Origin: Dendrobates tinctorius
Lineage: Eukaryota
NCBI RefSeq assembly: GCF_039654945.1
Contig: NW_027361751.1
Span: 4,278,001 to 4,342,000, forward strand
DNA: 64,000 nt
Direction of reading: 5' to 3'
This document shows positions 48,499 to 62,254 of this stretch, in pieces (the first letter of the stretch is position 1; every line of letters starts with the position of its first letter). Position numbers and translations under genes: made by a program. The notes beneath the pieces were generated by a model. It was not told the origin of the DNA and made no database searches. It worked only from the letters and a program-made list of their open reading frames with translations.

Positions 48499-49209
48499 TC
48501 TGAGACAGTGACCGGCATTATTGTGAATGGCTGGTATGTGTTAAAGAGGCGGAGGTCCTCTGCGCTGTAAGCCTGGAATGTTTCTCTGGGACCTGTAGCT
48601 CCACGAGCCTTGCTTAGTTTATGAGGGCTGGGCTTGCAGGTTATCAGGAGAGCTGGGCGGGTCTAGCTAACCATCTACCTCCCATCAATGGGTGTGTCTC
48701 ATGGGATGAATTGAGACTGTTGTTTGGTCACATAGTCTCTGTGTTGGAAGGGCCAGGAAGAAGACAGGTTTTCCTGGAAAGCACATGTAGGAGGTTGCGT
48801 GCCTGCAGAGATTGTGACGGCTATCTGAGTTGGGGAAAGCCACCATCCTTCTGAGGGTCTGGTACTGACAGGTTGGAGCTTGTCCAGCAAGACATAGTAA
48901 GGGTCAGTGATCCCAGTAAGGCATTTCCCTGGAAGTCAGGACTGACAAAAAGTCAGCGTGTGGAGCAGAGCTCCTGGAAGGTAACCTCGGACAAGGGGGT
49001 TGTAGGAAAGGCAGACAGGTGTATCTGCTATGGGAGCAGACTGGTGGTCGCAACATGTTTCGTTGATGTACTAAAATAGACTGTACTTTATGTGGTTTAT
49101 GCTGTGTCTAAATAAACCGGATGAACTGTGGAAATTCGTTCCTGTGTGCCTTAATAATCCCGCTGCCAAGTGAGTGTTCCCCAACACATTAAGTGAGTGC
49201 TATCTCACA
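48499..49209 (+). mobile_element. Probable solo LTR
   Basis: Ends TCTCACA; internal AATAAA near 49110; start ambiguous (48499, or 48522 with TTAT TSD). Confidence 0.5.
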
Positions 49210-50195
49210 TTATGTACTAGTAATCACCTTAAAATAATTTTATAATATCAATAACAAGAAAAGCCACAAAAACAATTAAAACATTTAAAAAGCACAAAAA
49301 TGGCTACAATGTAACAGAAACCGACCTAGTCTGTATAGGACCTAGGTCCAATGAATCTACGCTGCACCTGCCCTTGCTGACGCTTCATTGGTAGCGGCAA
49401 TACGAGAAGGGGAATAACCCAACCTGTATGATATTTTCATATGGTACCTTAGCATGATATTCTTTTCAAAAGATAACATACAGTGGGTGTAAAGAATATT
49501 GGAGACATAATTTCATGTCATTCATTTGTATCCTATTTGACATGGGATTATAAACACCCCCTTCCTTTGTGCAGCTGTAACAGGACACCTTGCTCAGCAG
49601 GGGGCCTAACCTTCTCAGCTTCAGAGAAGAAATTCCCACCCCCACCAGCTAGCTAGAATCAAGCTCCTACAGGAACACTCCCCCTGTTGATACTATGTGG
49701 TCTAACTGCTTTATTGAGTGAGCTATGATTTTAAAAAAAATATGGACTTATCATATGTCCTGGTCACAAACTGGTAACATTTTCAAGATCTCTGTAATCC
49801 CTTCTGGAAGCAAATTGTAGGTATGATAAACTCTGTATATGACTCTAATCTTTCTTGAGATCTGATAGTTTGAGTGCTGGGTTATACATCTGAACTGACT
49901 ATAATGGAGAGGCCCACGCTGTCCATCCTAAAACTAATATTTGTTAGTTACATCCTAAAACTAATATTTGTTAGTTACATTAAGCAAAAAAAAACCTGAT
50001 CTTTAAATTGGAGGATTTCACGCCGCCTACTACAAATATGTATTTTTCCAAAGTCAATGCCATACTTCACCTCCAGGAGTTTTTTTTTTAAGAAGGGTAC
50101 CCTCAAAAATTCAAAGCTCTACGGACCCATGGCGAGACTCACCAGGTCTCTCTCCAATTACATGGTTTAGGTTCATCGCATTTACATTTGCTTCC

Positions 50196-50236
<41 letters not shown>

Positions 50237-50900
50237 CATTTATATAGCGTCATTTATTCCATGGCACTTTACATGTAAAAAGGGGAAATATAGACAAGTA
50301 CAATAAACATGTGCAAGACAAGGGACACACAAGTACAGAAGGAGAGGACCCTGCCCGCAAGGGCTCACAGTCTTCATCCTAGTGATGTTCAGGATGAACT
50401 ATCATGTATCTCTTCAGTGCTCTCTGTACTCCTTGTAAATAAAATTTGCCTCACTTCAATTGACAATTTAGTTTTTTTCCTGGGATGGACATTTCTCCAA
50501 CACCTCGATTTGCAAACTGCTATGCCTCCCTGCACCACATCGAACTCTTCAGCTCTCTAAACATCAAACTCTTCAGCTCAACCTCTTTCTGCTTCTCAGT
50601 CTCTTGGACGTCTATGTGGCCTTATGTCATCCAGTCACATACTACTGACTCTTCAGTTGGACTTGAGGTGGGGAGGGAGGTAAGTGGACATTTTTGGATG
50701 GGGTTTAAATTCTATTATGTTTTTTTTTGTATCTAAAAACTTTTATAAAAACTTATTTTATCTAAAGTAAAGAAGGGCAGTGTTTGGCCCATATTAAGGG
50801 GCACTGCATGTGGCAGCATGAAGAGTTTGTCTGAGCATAAAAAGGTATCGATGTGAAATCATAATCTATCAAATGTAAAACAAATAAAGAAAATAGGGCT

Positions 50901-53096
50901 TAGGGTGGACCATTTATATGGATACACCTAAATAAAATGGGAATGGTTGGAGATATCAACTTCCTGTTTGTGGCACATTAGTATATGGGAGGGGGAAAAC
51001 TTTTCAAGATGGGTGGTGACCATAGCAGCCATTTTGAAGTCAGCAATTTTGGATCCAACTTTATTTTTTCCAATGGGAAGAGGGTCATGTGACACATCAA
51101 ACTTTTCACAAGAAAAACAATGGTGTGCTTGGTTTTAACTTTATTCTTTCATGAGTTATTGACAAGTTTATGACCACTTATAAAATGTGTTCAAAGTGCT
51201 GCCCATTGTGTTGGATTGTCAATGCAACCCTCTTCTCCCACTCTTGACACACTGATAGCAACACCGCAGAAGAAATGCTAATCTAAGGGGGTTAGATTCC
51301 TTGTAGGAATGCTCGGAACTGACACCCATAATGTGGTGGTGCACCATCTTGCTGGAAAAACTCAGGGAACGTGCCATCTTCAGTGCATAAAGAGGGCAAC
51401 ACATCATCATGTAGCAATTTCAGATATCCAGTGGCATTGAGGTTTCCATTGATGAAGAATTGCCCCACTATCTTTGTACCCCATATACCATACTATTATG
51501 GGTGTCAGGTCCAAGCATTCCTACATGAACAGTTTCCTGGAAAGTGGATTGGTCATCATGGGCCAGTTGAATGGCCACCAAGGTCTCCTGATCTGACCCC
51601 CTTAGACTTTTATCTTTGGGGTCATCTGAAGGCAATTGTCTATGCTGTGAAGATACGAGATGTGCAGCATCTGAAACAACAGATACTGGAAGCCTGTGCT
51701 AGCATTTCTTCTGCGGTGTTGCTATCGGTGTGTCAAGATTGGGAGAAGAGGGTTGCATTGACAATCCAGCACAATGGGCAGCACTTTGAACACATTTTAT
51801 AAGTGGTCAAAAAATTGTATATAACTCATAAAAGAATAAAGTTAGGTTAAAGCCAAGCACACCATTGTTTTTCTTGTGAAATTCTCAATAATTTTGATGT
51901 GTCATGGGTCGCCCTCCCAAGGCTGTGGGGCCGGTCTCTCAGAAGGGAATGTCACAGCAGTGGTGACCCGGTCCGTGGCCCTGGGCGCCCATGTAAAAGG
52001 GATTGAGTTGGGAATAAAGTTTATAGATGAATGATTCGTGACGCCACCTGTGGTGTTCGGCAAGGGAGGTGTTAAGCCGACGCTGCATGCAGGTCCTCTG
52101 GGACTGATGGTGTAGTGCAGCTATGATGTTGTAGCCCTCCACAGGCAGGGCTGTAGTCCCAGGGCAGTGTGGATGAAGGGTTAGGAAGAAGGTGCAGTGT
52201 TTGGCACAGAAATGTAGCAGTGCTGAGGATGTTGCAGGAAGGAGGCAAGGACACAATAGGGTGCAGTTTCTTTACCTTTACTTGGCAAACGCAGTCCAGG
52301 GTCCCGATTACAGATGGCACAGGAGCAGGCTAGCCTGGAAGCAACTCAGGTATCTCTCTATCAGATGTGTTGTGTAGTCTCATTCCTAGCGCTGGCTTAA
52401 GGTACATACAGTACATTGTTACACTGAAGTTCCTCCTTCTTATCTTCTCTTAGAACTACCTCGTATGGCAGACAGCTGTAGCCCTCTATCTCTCTTGGCT
52501 CACCGGTCGCTGTTGTGCCTCCGAGTCTTAGGTGGGAATTGAGCATTTACAGCTTCCTATTCTTCTGGTTTCTGTTGCAGGACCTTCAGTATCCATACAA
52601 CCGTGGAGACCAGGCTCCAGATCAGGCGCTATCACTGGGAGGGAGCTCTCCGTCCTCAGCTCAACCTCCAGCATCTCTCCATGCCCTCCTCACACTAACT
52701 AACTTTCCCTTCCTGGCCCTCAGAGCGCGCTCCTCCCCCAATCCTGGTTCAGAGCTCCCTCTGCTGGCCTGGAGTGGGAACGTTTTGCATGTAAATGTTT
52801 AACTGTTAGAGATACCCTTCCTTGCTTCCAAGCATGACATTACCCTCCCTGGAGGAAGGCAATGCCATTGTGGCGGCCATACTCCTGGGGGCGCCAAATG
52901 TCACATTACCCTCTTCCCATTGAAAAATATAAGTTGGATCCAAAATCGCTGACTTCAAAATGGCCGCTATGGTCACCACCCATCTTGAAAAGTTTCCCCC
53001 CTCCCATATACTATTGTGCCACAAACAGTAAGTTGATATCACCAATCATTCCCATTTTATTTAGGTGTATCCATATACAGTAAATGTCCCACCCTG
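50901..53096. mobile_element. Fold-back derivative of a DD41D-type Tc1/mariner element
   Basis: Long inverted arms, both carrying the transposase 3' end; WPPRSPDLTPLDFYLWGHLK at 51371-51802 (+) and FFQQDGAPPHY on the minus strand near 51320-51360. Confidence 0.8.
51905..52898 (-). mobile_element. Solo LTR inserted in the right arm of the mariner derivative
   Basis: TGTCA duplicated at 51900-51904 and 52899-52903; shares blocks with 43400-44695. Confidence 0.7.
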
Positions 53097-53445
53097 TATT
53101 AGATTTATATCAGAAATGTCTACAACTGAAAATCTGTTCTGCATATCTGTATGAGATTCTTCTTGCAGTGACAAGCATTCAGATGCTCACCTAGTAAAGT
53201 TGTGCAATTCAGACACGACACTGGTATGAGCCTATATAAATATGTTTACACGTGGAGCAGCTGACTGCAGTAGGAGAAAGCTGCAGAAAAATGTAACACT
53301 AGAAAAAAATGGTTCTTCATTGAGATGAGGCTGTTCAGTATCCCATATTAGAGATCAGTATGGCTCACAGCAGTCGGACCCTCAGCAGTTAGAAGGTTAT
53401 CCTATGAAGAGGATAAAACTTTGAAACTTGGTACAAACCCTTTAA

Positions 53446-54197
53446 AGGGAACCTGTCACCCCCCGAGGGCATTTTTAAGTAAAAGAGCCATCTTCAGCAG
53501 CATTAAGGCTGCATTCTGTGAAGGTGACTCTTCTGTTTCTGACCCCTAGTAACACCAAAATATTGACTTTTATAACTAGATCCCCATACCTGTATTGCGT
53601 CCCATAGGTATGGTGTGTCCCCCTGTATCAGCCGCCTCCCAGCCGTCCATCATGCCCCTGTCTTGCGTCAGGGCGCCGCCTCCCATCCGTCCATCATGCC
53701 CCTGTCTTGCGTCTGATTTCCAGCCCCGCAATGCGAATACTTCATTACACACTGCGGGGCGGGATCAGGGGACTCCAAAACACGCAGGCTTGATGGCCTG
53801 AAGTCAGTTCCTGGGCAGCGCGCACTGCGCATGCCTGAGAACTGTTGTCACAGCGCAGGTGCCGGCATACAACACAGGAGGAGGTGGCGGCGCACAGGGG
53901 CATGATGGACGGATGGCAGGCGGCGCCCAGACGCAAGACAGGAGCATGGTGGATGGATGGAAGGCGGCGCCCAGACGCAAGACAGGGGCATGATGGACGG
54001 ATGGGAGGCGGCTGATACAGGGGGACACACCATACCTATGGGACACAATACAGGTATGGGGATCTAGTTATAAAAGTCAATATTTTGGCGTTACTAGGGG
54101 TCAGAAACAGAAGAGTCACCTTCACAGAATGCAGCCTTAGTGCTGCTGAAGATGGCTCTTTTACTTAAAAACGCCCTGGGGAGGTGACAGGTTCCCT
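53446..54197. mobile_element. T2/Kolobok-type MITE, near-perfect fold-back
   Basis: TTAA|AGGGAACCTGTCACC...GGTGACAGGTTCCCT|TTAA; arms about 265 bp. Confidence 0.9.
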
Positions 54198-54388
54198 TTA
54201 ATTTGTGATCCTACTCTAGCCCCCAAAGTAGCTATGTCGTAAAATTACTGTAATGTTCAGTTCATGACATTGGGGAAAAGTATTGCCCGATGTGCCCCTA
54301 AAGCTCTGATGTATGCTAAAGTTTAGGTATAAAAGAAAACACACAGTAAGTCAACTACACCTTTTTATACTGCAAAAAGCAAAAACAT

Positions 54389-54566
54389 GGCTAGTTTCAC
54401 ACTAGCGTATGGCCGAGCTGCGGAGGGATGCGGCCTTCCTCCGTGAAGCTACGCCCACGGCCGCACCTCCTCCGGTCAGCTCCGCGCATGCGATGCATGC
54501 GTCCTGCGTCCCCTATCTTTATCACAGGCCGTCGCTGCGCTCAAAAATGCAAATGTGAAACTAGCC
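54389..54566. mobile_element. Short Harbinger-type MITE
   Basis: TIRs GGCTAGTTTCACA / TGTGAAACTAGCC. Confidence 0.7.
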
Positions 54567-55186
54567 TTAGATCAGGGTAGAACAGTCAAGTAGTTAGAAG
54601 GTACCTGCCTGTTAGGTCTTAGGCCCATAGTAAAAAAAAATAAAAAATCAAATAGTCACTGCTGATCCATTTAGACTGGATTTCCACATTCAGGTTTTTT
54701 ATACATTTTTTGAAACCAAAGCAAATTGTCACGGTTTTTATCTGTTCTGATGTTCCAAATTTAAGATTCTGTTCACATTGATGGCATCATTACTTTGTGA
54801 TCCATAATGAACAAGGTGGATCCATTCCTGTTCTAAAATTAATTATAGAGTTACTGTACACTATTTGAGTAGAGAATATAGGCTAAAATTAACTTTTAAA
54901 GGGAACCTGATATCTGATACATGCTACCCGATCCGCAGGCTGCATATATCAGATACTGGCTGCATTATTTCAGCCAGGTATGTTTAACTCTGAATCCCTG
55001 CAGCATTTTCATAAAAACATAATTTAATAGCAGCTTTTCCTCCCCAGTTGTCTGAGTGACAGATCTCTCCTTGTGCATGTGTATATAGAAAAGAACCGAA
55101 AGAAGAGTGCCGAATCTGTGATCTAATTAATGTGGGACTGAGAAGATAAATATATAGATAAAATACCTTTATTAATAGATGGGTAA

Positions 55187-55800
55187 GGCCGGGGTCACAC
55201 TAACCGACGCAAAATACGGTCCGTAGATTACATGCGTAATACGGATGAATGACCCCTAAACAGTGCTCCGTATGTCATTCGTAAGCAAGGTGTGGTCGCG
55301 TATTTTGCGCATGTAAGCATCCGTATGTAATCCGTATGGCATCCGTATGGCGAGATTTTCTCGCAGGCTTGCAAAATGGACATATAATGGAGCCCTATGA
55401 CAGGGTTTCTAACAGAAACCAAAGAATAGATATAGACACATAGAATACATATATATATATATAAATCCAACAATGTAGACCAGCTCACTCCTGTGAACCA
55501 CCTGGAACCTCAGCTGACCTGGTTAACTCCATTGTGCCCGGATCTGGATGTAGGAGTCCATCCATACAATTGTGAACAACGACAAAGCAAAGTCCAGCAA
55601 TAACGTGAGCAATCCAGGATGCTGTTAAAATTTTTTTTCTTTTTATTCATAAATCCATTAAAATGCAATGGTCCAAGCAGTTCAAAACAGCAATAACGCA
55701 GGAAAGTCGTGCAGATATGACCGTGAAGAAGGCGGGTTCTACCGCTGAAACGCGTAGTCCTGGATTGCTCACGTTATTGCTGGACTTTGCTTTGTCGTTG

Positions 55801-55843
<43 letters not shown>

Positions 55844-56346
55844 GTCATTGAGACACACAAATATGTATGGGGAATGATTTGACAAAAGCCGGCAATTGAA
55901 TTAGCGGCTATTCTGCTATGAAGAACTCTGTGACATATAAATATATATATATTTGTGTGTCTCAATGACATGTGTATATATATATGTATTCTATGTGTCT
56001 ATATCTATTCTTTCGTTTGTGTTATAAAACCTGTCAGTGTGAGTTTACTGTATAGCGCACTGAATTGCCGGCTTTTCTAAAGGACACCGGGTGCGTATTT
56101 CTCGCAAGTCACATGTGTGGTCCGTGTGTAATGCATATTTTTAGCACACCCATAGACTTGCATCGGCGTACTACGGGCGTAGTACGCTGACAATCCCAGC
56201 ATGCTGCGATTGGAACGGACCGTAGAATACAGACGAGAAATATATGGCTGATGGGAGCTGTCCCATAGAGAATCATTTGTCCGTGTGTAATGCGTGCTTT
56301 TAACGCCTCTCACTCGTCCGTATTCCTATATAGTGTGACCCCGGCC
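55187..56346. mobile_element. Harbinger-type MITE
   Basis: TIRs GGCCGGGGTCACACTA / TAGTGTGACCCCGGCC; TAA TSD. Confidence 0.85.
55463..55804 (+). mobile_element. Short hammerhead-like Penelope-type insertion in a (TA)n tract
   Basis: 47-bp inverted repeat (about 55573-55619 / 55758-55804); motif GAC-CGTGAAGA-AGGCGGGTTCTACCGCT-GAAAC-GC-GTA-GTC at 55719-55759. Confidence 0.6.
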
Positions 56347-58339
56347 TAAAAAATAGCACCGCATACAAGAGGTGACCACACCATACAAAAGTACATATAT
56401 AAAGATAAAAGAAATATTAAAACCAACCCAAAGGTAACAGGGGTTATATATTAACTGTTTTTCACATGTGCCAGTTGGTAATAGAGCAAAAAATATATAT
56501 CAAGGTGCTCTCTATCAAGATACCATGATTTACAAACAAATGTCAAATGAGTGCCTAAAATATAAAATTGATTAAAATCTAGACAGAAATGTGTGATACA
56601 ATATTAATGCATAAAAATATACATATAAATAACAAATATAAAAAAGAAAAAGTAGGAGTGATGAATGTGTAACAAGTGAATATATAGTGAGATGAGCACA
56701 AATATATCAGACATAGGTAAAAATAAAAATAATAAACGTGAACTCTGTGCTGCAGGTCGTAAAGGTGCTGAGTGCAGTGAACCAATAACTGTCAGGATAT
56801 TGAGCACAATATATTCAGCTAGAGAAAAGGAAAGTAGCTTTGACACAGTCAATGGTAATACTCCGCTTTAATCAAAAAAAGGGGAGGCACTGAAAAATCA
56901 TATAATAGTAGAAAATCCCAATGTTACCTAAATAATGCAGCAGGGAGGTTGTAGTGCGGCACATACCCCGACGCGCATTTTGGAGAATATCCTTCGTCAG
57001 GGGGTGTCAGCATGTGTATATAGGAAGAGACCTATCTCAAAGGGAGCCGGAAGGGAAAAGCCTTCGCAGACCTGCGCTGTCTGACTGATCTCCCGTGTGG
57101 TTTTGTGTCCAGCAGCTATTAAACTATATTTTTCTCAGAAAAAATGCAGCTTTTCAGATTTAAACATACATGGCTGAAATCATGCAGACAGCATCGGATA
57201 TATAATGCCAGTGGATCAAGCAGCATGTATCATCTGTCAGGTTCCCTTTAATCTATCTAATATCATTCAACTATTCAATCAAGTAAATGTAAAAAACTTA
57301 TACAGTATCAGAGGCGTATCTAGGCTTCCTGGCACCCGGGGCAAGAATTTGGTTCGGCGCCCCCCCCCACACTAAGTACATATGCGACTTGCACACTTAG
57401 CCATGTACCCACGAGCTGCTCTCCCTAATGCTCTCAATGTTCAGTAAAAAACTGAGAGAAGCAGGAAGAGAAGCTCGTTGTCAAGTATGAAAATCGCATA
57501 TGAGTGAAGTGTCTGTGTGATGACTACTGGAACCTGCAGAGCTGAATCCTGACATTGCAGCTTCTGAATTCTCACAACGAATGCACTGCACACTTTTAGG
57601 ATTCTCCCGTACCGGTGGCAAGAGTACACAGTCATGTCAGCACAAGTATGTGATTTTTATACTTCTGTCCTCATTCCGACTAGACGTGCCCAGCCTCGCT
57701 CCGTTCATTTTCATTGAGTGAGGCTACACATGTCTAGTCAGCATGTGACCGCATGTATGTAAATTACCGGCACAAGAGAATCCTGACAGCGTTCAGTGAG
57801 CACTGTGAGAATTCAGAAGTCTGCAGTCACATAGAATGACTGCAGACTCCGTACAAACCTGGACAACCCCTTTAATGTTCCTAACAAATAAAAACATGAG
57901 AATAAGTCAGTATCACAAATAACATTTACATCCAAGTACCTTATAGATGACGTCTCTGCAGTCGTTCTCCTTTTCTTCTTCTTGTCCAGACCCCATGATG
58001 AGTTTTCTCATCCACAGCGGCTTCTGTAGACTTCCATCTTCTCCGGTCTTCTGCAGCAAATCTCCACAAAATGCCCTTAAAGATAGAAGTGTCATTATAA
58101 TGCTCCTGAATAAAAATGCCTGCAATATACTGTCGCCTCACACTATTCCCCTCCCTCCTCTAACATCCCTCTGTTCACCATACTGTCTCATATATTTACC
58201 CCCTCACTCTCTATACTGTCTGCTCACAAATACCCCTGACTCCCTATACTGTGTCCTCATACATTAACCCGTTCGCTCCCCATACTGTCTGCACCCAACC
58301 CCCATACTGTTTCCTCATACATACTCTGTGTCCTCAGAT

Positions 58340-59310
58340 CTCCCCACACACATTAAATCCCCCATCCCCACTCCAAATCCCTCACACACATTAAATAACC
58401 CCCATCCACACTCCAAATCCCTCAGACACATTAAATCCCCCCCATCCACACTCCAAATCCCTCACACACATTAAATAACCCCCATCCCCACTCCCAAATC
58501 CCCCACACACATTATGTACCCCCCACGCCAAATCCCCCACACATTAACCCCATCCCCACTCATTATCCCCATCCCCACTCCAAATCCCCCACACATTAAA
58601 TAACCCCCATCCCCACTCCCAAATCCCCCCCACACATTATGTACCCCCTACTCCAAATCCCCCACATATTAACCCCATCCCTACTCATTAACCCCCCAAA
58701 CAATAACCCCCATCCCCACTCAATTCCATCCCCACTCATTAACCCCCGTCCATACTCCCAATTCCCCCAACACATTATGTACCCCCCACTCCAAATCCCC
58801 CACACATTAACCCCCATCCCCACTCATTAACCCCCCACACATTAATTCCATCCCCACTCAATAACACCCATCCCCACTCATTAACCCCCCACACATTAAC
58901 CCCCATCCCCACTCATTAACCCCCCACACATTAACCCCCATCCCCACTCATTAACCCCCCACACATTAACCCCATCCCCACTCATTAACCCCCATCCCCA
59001 CTCTTTAACCCCCCCACACAGTAACCCCCATCCCCACTTATTAACCCCACTACACATTAACCCCATCCCCACTCATTAACCCCCATCCCCACTCTTTAAC
59101 CCCCCCACACAGTAACCCCCATCCCCACTTATTAACCCCACTACACATTAACCCCATCCCCACTCATTAACCCCATCCCCACTTTTAACCCCCCACACAT
59201 TAATCCCCACATTAACCTCATCTCCACTCATTAACCCCCCCACGCATTACTCCCATCCCCACTCATTAATCCCACTACACATTAACCCCATCGCCACACA
59301 TTAACACCCC
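58340..59310. repeat. C-rich minisatellite
   Basis: Variants of CCCCATCCCCACTCATTAACCCCCACACATTAA. Confidence 0.9.
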
Positions 59311-59633
59311 CCATCTTCGGTGGTTTCTTCAGCTCCACATTGGAGCACACTTACCACCAGTGCTGAGCGTTCACTCTGGGCGCCGGGGAGTGACGTCAGC
59401 AGTGTGATCACATGACATGTCACGCTGCAGACATCGCTCTGGCCCGGCGGTCAGAGCTGCAATTGTACTGGCGTCTATACAGACGCCAGTACAATTGTTC
59501 CCTGGGAGCCGGCACGCGCACCTTCTCTGCGCCAGCTGTCAGCTTGACAGCTGACACAGAGAACCGCTGACTCTCAGGCCAGGGGGGCGGCAGAACGCAG
59601 CCGCCAGGGAGGACACTGCGGACCGCTGCATTA

Positions 59634-59979
59634 GGCCTCTTTCACACTTCCGTTTTTTACAATCAGTCAAAATCCGCCAGGTTTTGAAAAAAACGGATCC
59701 GCAATTTTTTTTTGCGGATCCGTTTTTTTCCCCATTGACTTTCATTATTGGCGGATTTTGACGGATTACCGTCCGTTGCATACGTTTTTGTGTGGATCCG
59801 CCATAATGCTCTCTCTCTCTCTCCTTCCCGGCCAGCGATTCCTTTAAATTTCCTCATTTTGCGGATCCGTCAAAAAACGGATCCTGTGGCATCCGTTCAC
59901 ATCAGTTAAGAACTGATCCGCTTGTCCGCCTTTTTGGCGGATTTTAACTGACACAAAAAACTGAAGTGTGAAAGAGGCC
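59634..59979. mobile_element. Harbinger-type MITE
   Basis: TIRs GGCCTCTTTCACACTTC / GAAGTGTGAAAGAGGCC; TTA TSD. Confidence 0.85.
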
Positions 59980-60309
59980 TTAGGCGGCCTGACTGCACCC
60001 CCCTGCTGGCTGCGCCTGGGGCATCTGCCCCGGCTGCCCCCCCCTAGATACACCCCTGTACAGTATCGTCAGTAATAGACACCAAAAAGAGATCAATACA
60101 CAGGCATATATATTCCAAGCACGTGTGCACCTTGGATATGACGCAGATAGGCTGTTGAGTCAGGCTAATATAGACACTGAAGGCAAATAGATATAGCACC
60201 GGATTCATTAGTGCATTTACTTTTGTTTTTTTGTTGAGTTTTTTGTGCTTTGTGCCTTCTTATGTTTCTACTTTACTTTTTATCTTTCCATTTGAGCCTT
60301 TTTTATTTC

Positions 60310-61198
60310 ATTATCCCCCGGGCCATTTTCCATTTTTTTGCATTTTCGCTTTTTGCTCACCTTCTTCCCAGAGCCATAACTCTTTTATTGTTTGGTCAGT
60401 ATGGCCATATGAGGGTTTTTTTGTGGGACAAGTTGTACTTTTGAACAAAACCATTGGTTTTAAAATATCATGTACTGGAAAATGGGAAAAAATTTCCAAG
60501 TGCGGTGAAATTGCAAAGAAAAGTGCAATTCCACAGTTTTTTTGGATTTCTTTTTTTGCCATGTTCACTAAATGCTAAATCTGACCTGCCATTATGATTC
60601 TCCAGGTCATTACGAGTTCATAGACACCAAACATGTCTAGGTTCTTTTTATTTAAGTGGTGAAAAAAAATCCAAAATTAGTAAAAATTAAAAATAAAATA
60701 AAAAATGGCGCCATTTTCTAAGACCTATAGTGTCTCCATTTTTGTGATCTGGGGCTGGATGAGGGCTTATTTTTTGCACGCCAAGCTGACGTTTTTATTG
60801 ATCCTAATTTTGGTGTTTTACAATGTTTTGATCACCCGTTGTTGCATTTTATTGCAATGTAGTGGCAACCAAAAAAAACCATAATTCTGGCGTTTTTCAT
60901 TTTTTCATTACGCCGTTTAGGTTAATTCTTTTTTTATATTGATAGATCGAGCGAATCTGAAAGCGGCAATGTCAAATATGCAGCGGTGCTCATAGCAATC
61001 TGGCAATGACCACAGAGGTGCTCATGTGACGGGGTCACCAATGGGCTAGTGACATGCTTCATGTAAGCGCGAGTTAATTACCGCTGACAGAGTTTGACAG
61101 TGGTATTTAACTAGTTAACAGCCTTGGGTGGATCGCGATTCCACCAACCGGGGATTCTGACGTGCATATTATTAATGCACATGTTGGAAAGGGGTTAA
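60310..61198. mobile_element. Non-autonomous piggyBac-like repeat
   Basis: Ends AAGGGG|TTAA; homologous to 31117-33010. Confidence 0.55.
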
Positions 61199-62254
61199 GC
61201 TTACATTTTTATGTTTTCTTTTTTTTTTTTTCTTCTTCTTTAGATTACCACTGTTGGCAGAGTTTAGTGTTTCCAGATGTTTTTGTCTCACTCAACATTT
61301 GCGACTTTTCGAAAAAGTCCCAAAATTTGGCATAAATGTACTCCAGTGTGATTTATTGTATGCCTGTAGCAAAAATGCAATTTTGCAAGAATTTAGCAGA
61401 ACATGTGACCTTTTGTGCTAGAAAAAGTTGCAAAACATATTACAGACAGAGTCAGCACAAAATTAACAAACTGGGTGCAGCAATTTGATGAATTTGGTGC
61501 AAAAAATGTCAGCGAATACTAAAAGACAAAAAACAAAAGTCACTTAAAAAAATCGCAAACCATGAATATGTTTTAATTACAATGAAGTAATTATTTCATC
61601 TTACATATAATACATACTGTCAGCTGTGTAAGGCTGTCACAGTTAGTTGGGCGTTGGGCTGGCCGATGTTTTCTTTCCAACGTGGCACCAGGTTGTGACA
61701 GCATGACACTATGCAAACTTAGGACACCACAGCGATCCAAACTGTACTGTCTGGACTTATCAAATCCTGTGATGAACTATTGGTAGTGAAATACTTTTGG
61801 GAATTGGTAGGAACAAGGGGAAAACTTCCTGACTTCTGGGACCCGGGGGTTTGAAGAACTCTGTGTGAATGGAACGGTGGCCAATCATGCACACTGCTGC
61901 TCTATTCATTTCTAATGGGATAAACGGAGATAGCCAAGCACTGTGCTCAGCTAGTCTTCAGCACTCCCATAAGAATGAATGGATTGGTAGGGCGCATGAT
62001 TGACCGCTACTCCATTCATATGGAGCTCTTCAGAGCCCCGTTGTCAGGATCAGAGCAGTTGGACCTCCAGAGACCAAGAAGTTATCCCCTATCACATGGA
62101 TAGCGAATTACTTTCAAGTGAAAATACCTCTTTACTCTAACGGACTAGAAACATGCGAGACATAACATCTGGGACAGCCATATAGAGCAAACAGGATGGA
62201 TCATATAAGTTAGTTGTCATTGTTGTTATTTGATTACTTCATATCTCTTTGCTC

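Larger units (their letters stand above)
54900..57247. mobile_element. T2/Kolobok-type MITE hosting nested elements
   Basis: TTAA|AGGGAACCTGA...TCAGGTTCCCT|TTAA with complementary subterminal arms. Confidence 0.75.
57309..60058. mobile_element. Non-autonomous hAT element with C-rich minisatellite and nested MITE
   Basis: TIRs CAGAGGCGTATCTAGG / CCTAGATACACCCCTG; 8-bp TSD TACAGTAT. Confidence 0.85.

Noticed and set aside
45540-50200. Old L1/Tx1-like LINE remnants between younger insertions
   Set aside because: Composition is suggestive, but no diagnostic motif could be read with confidence.
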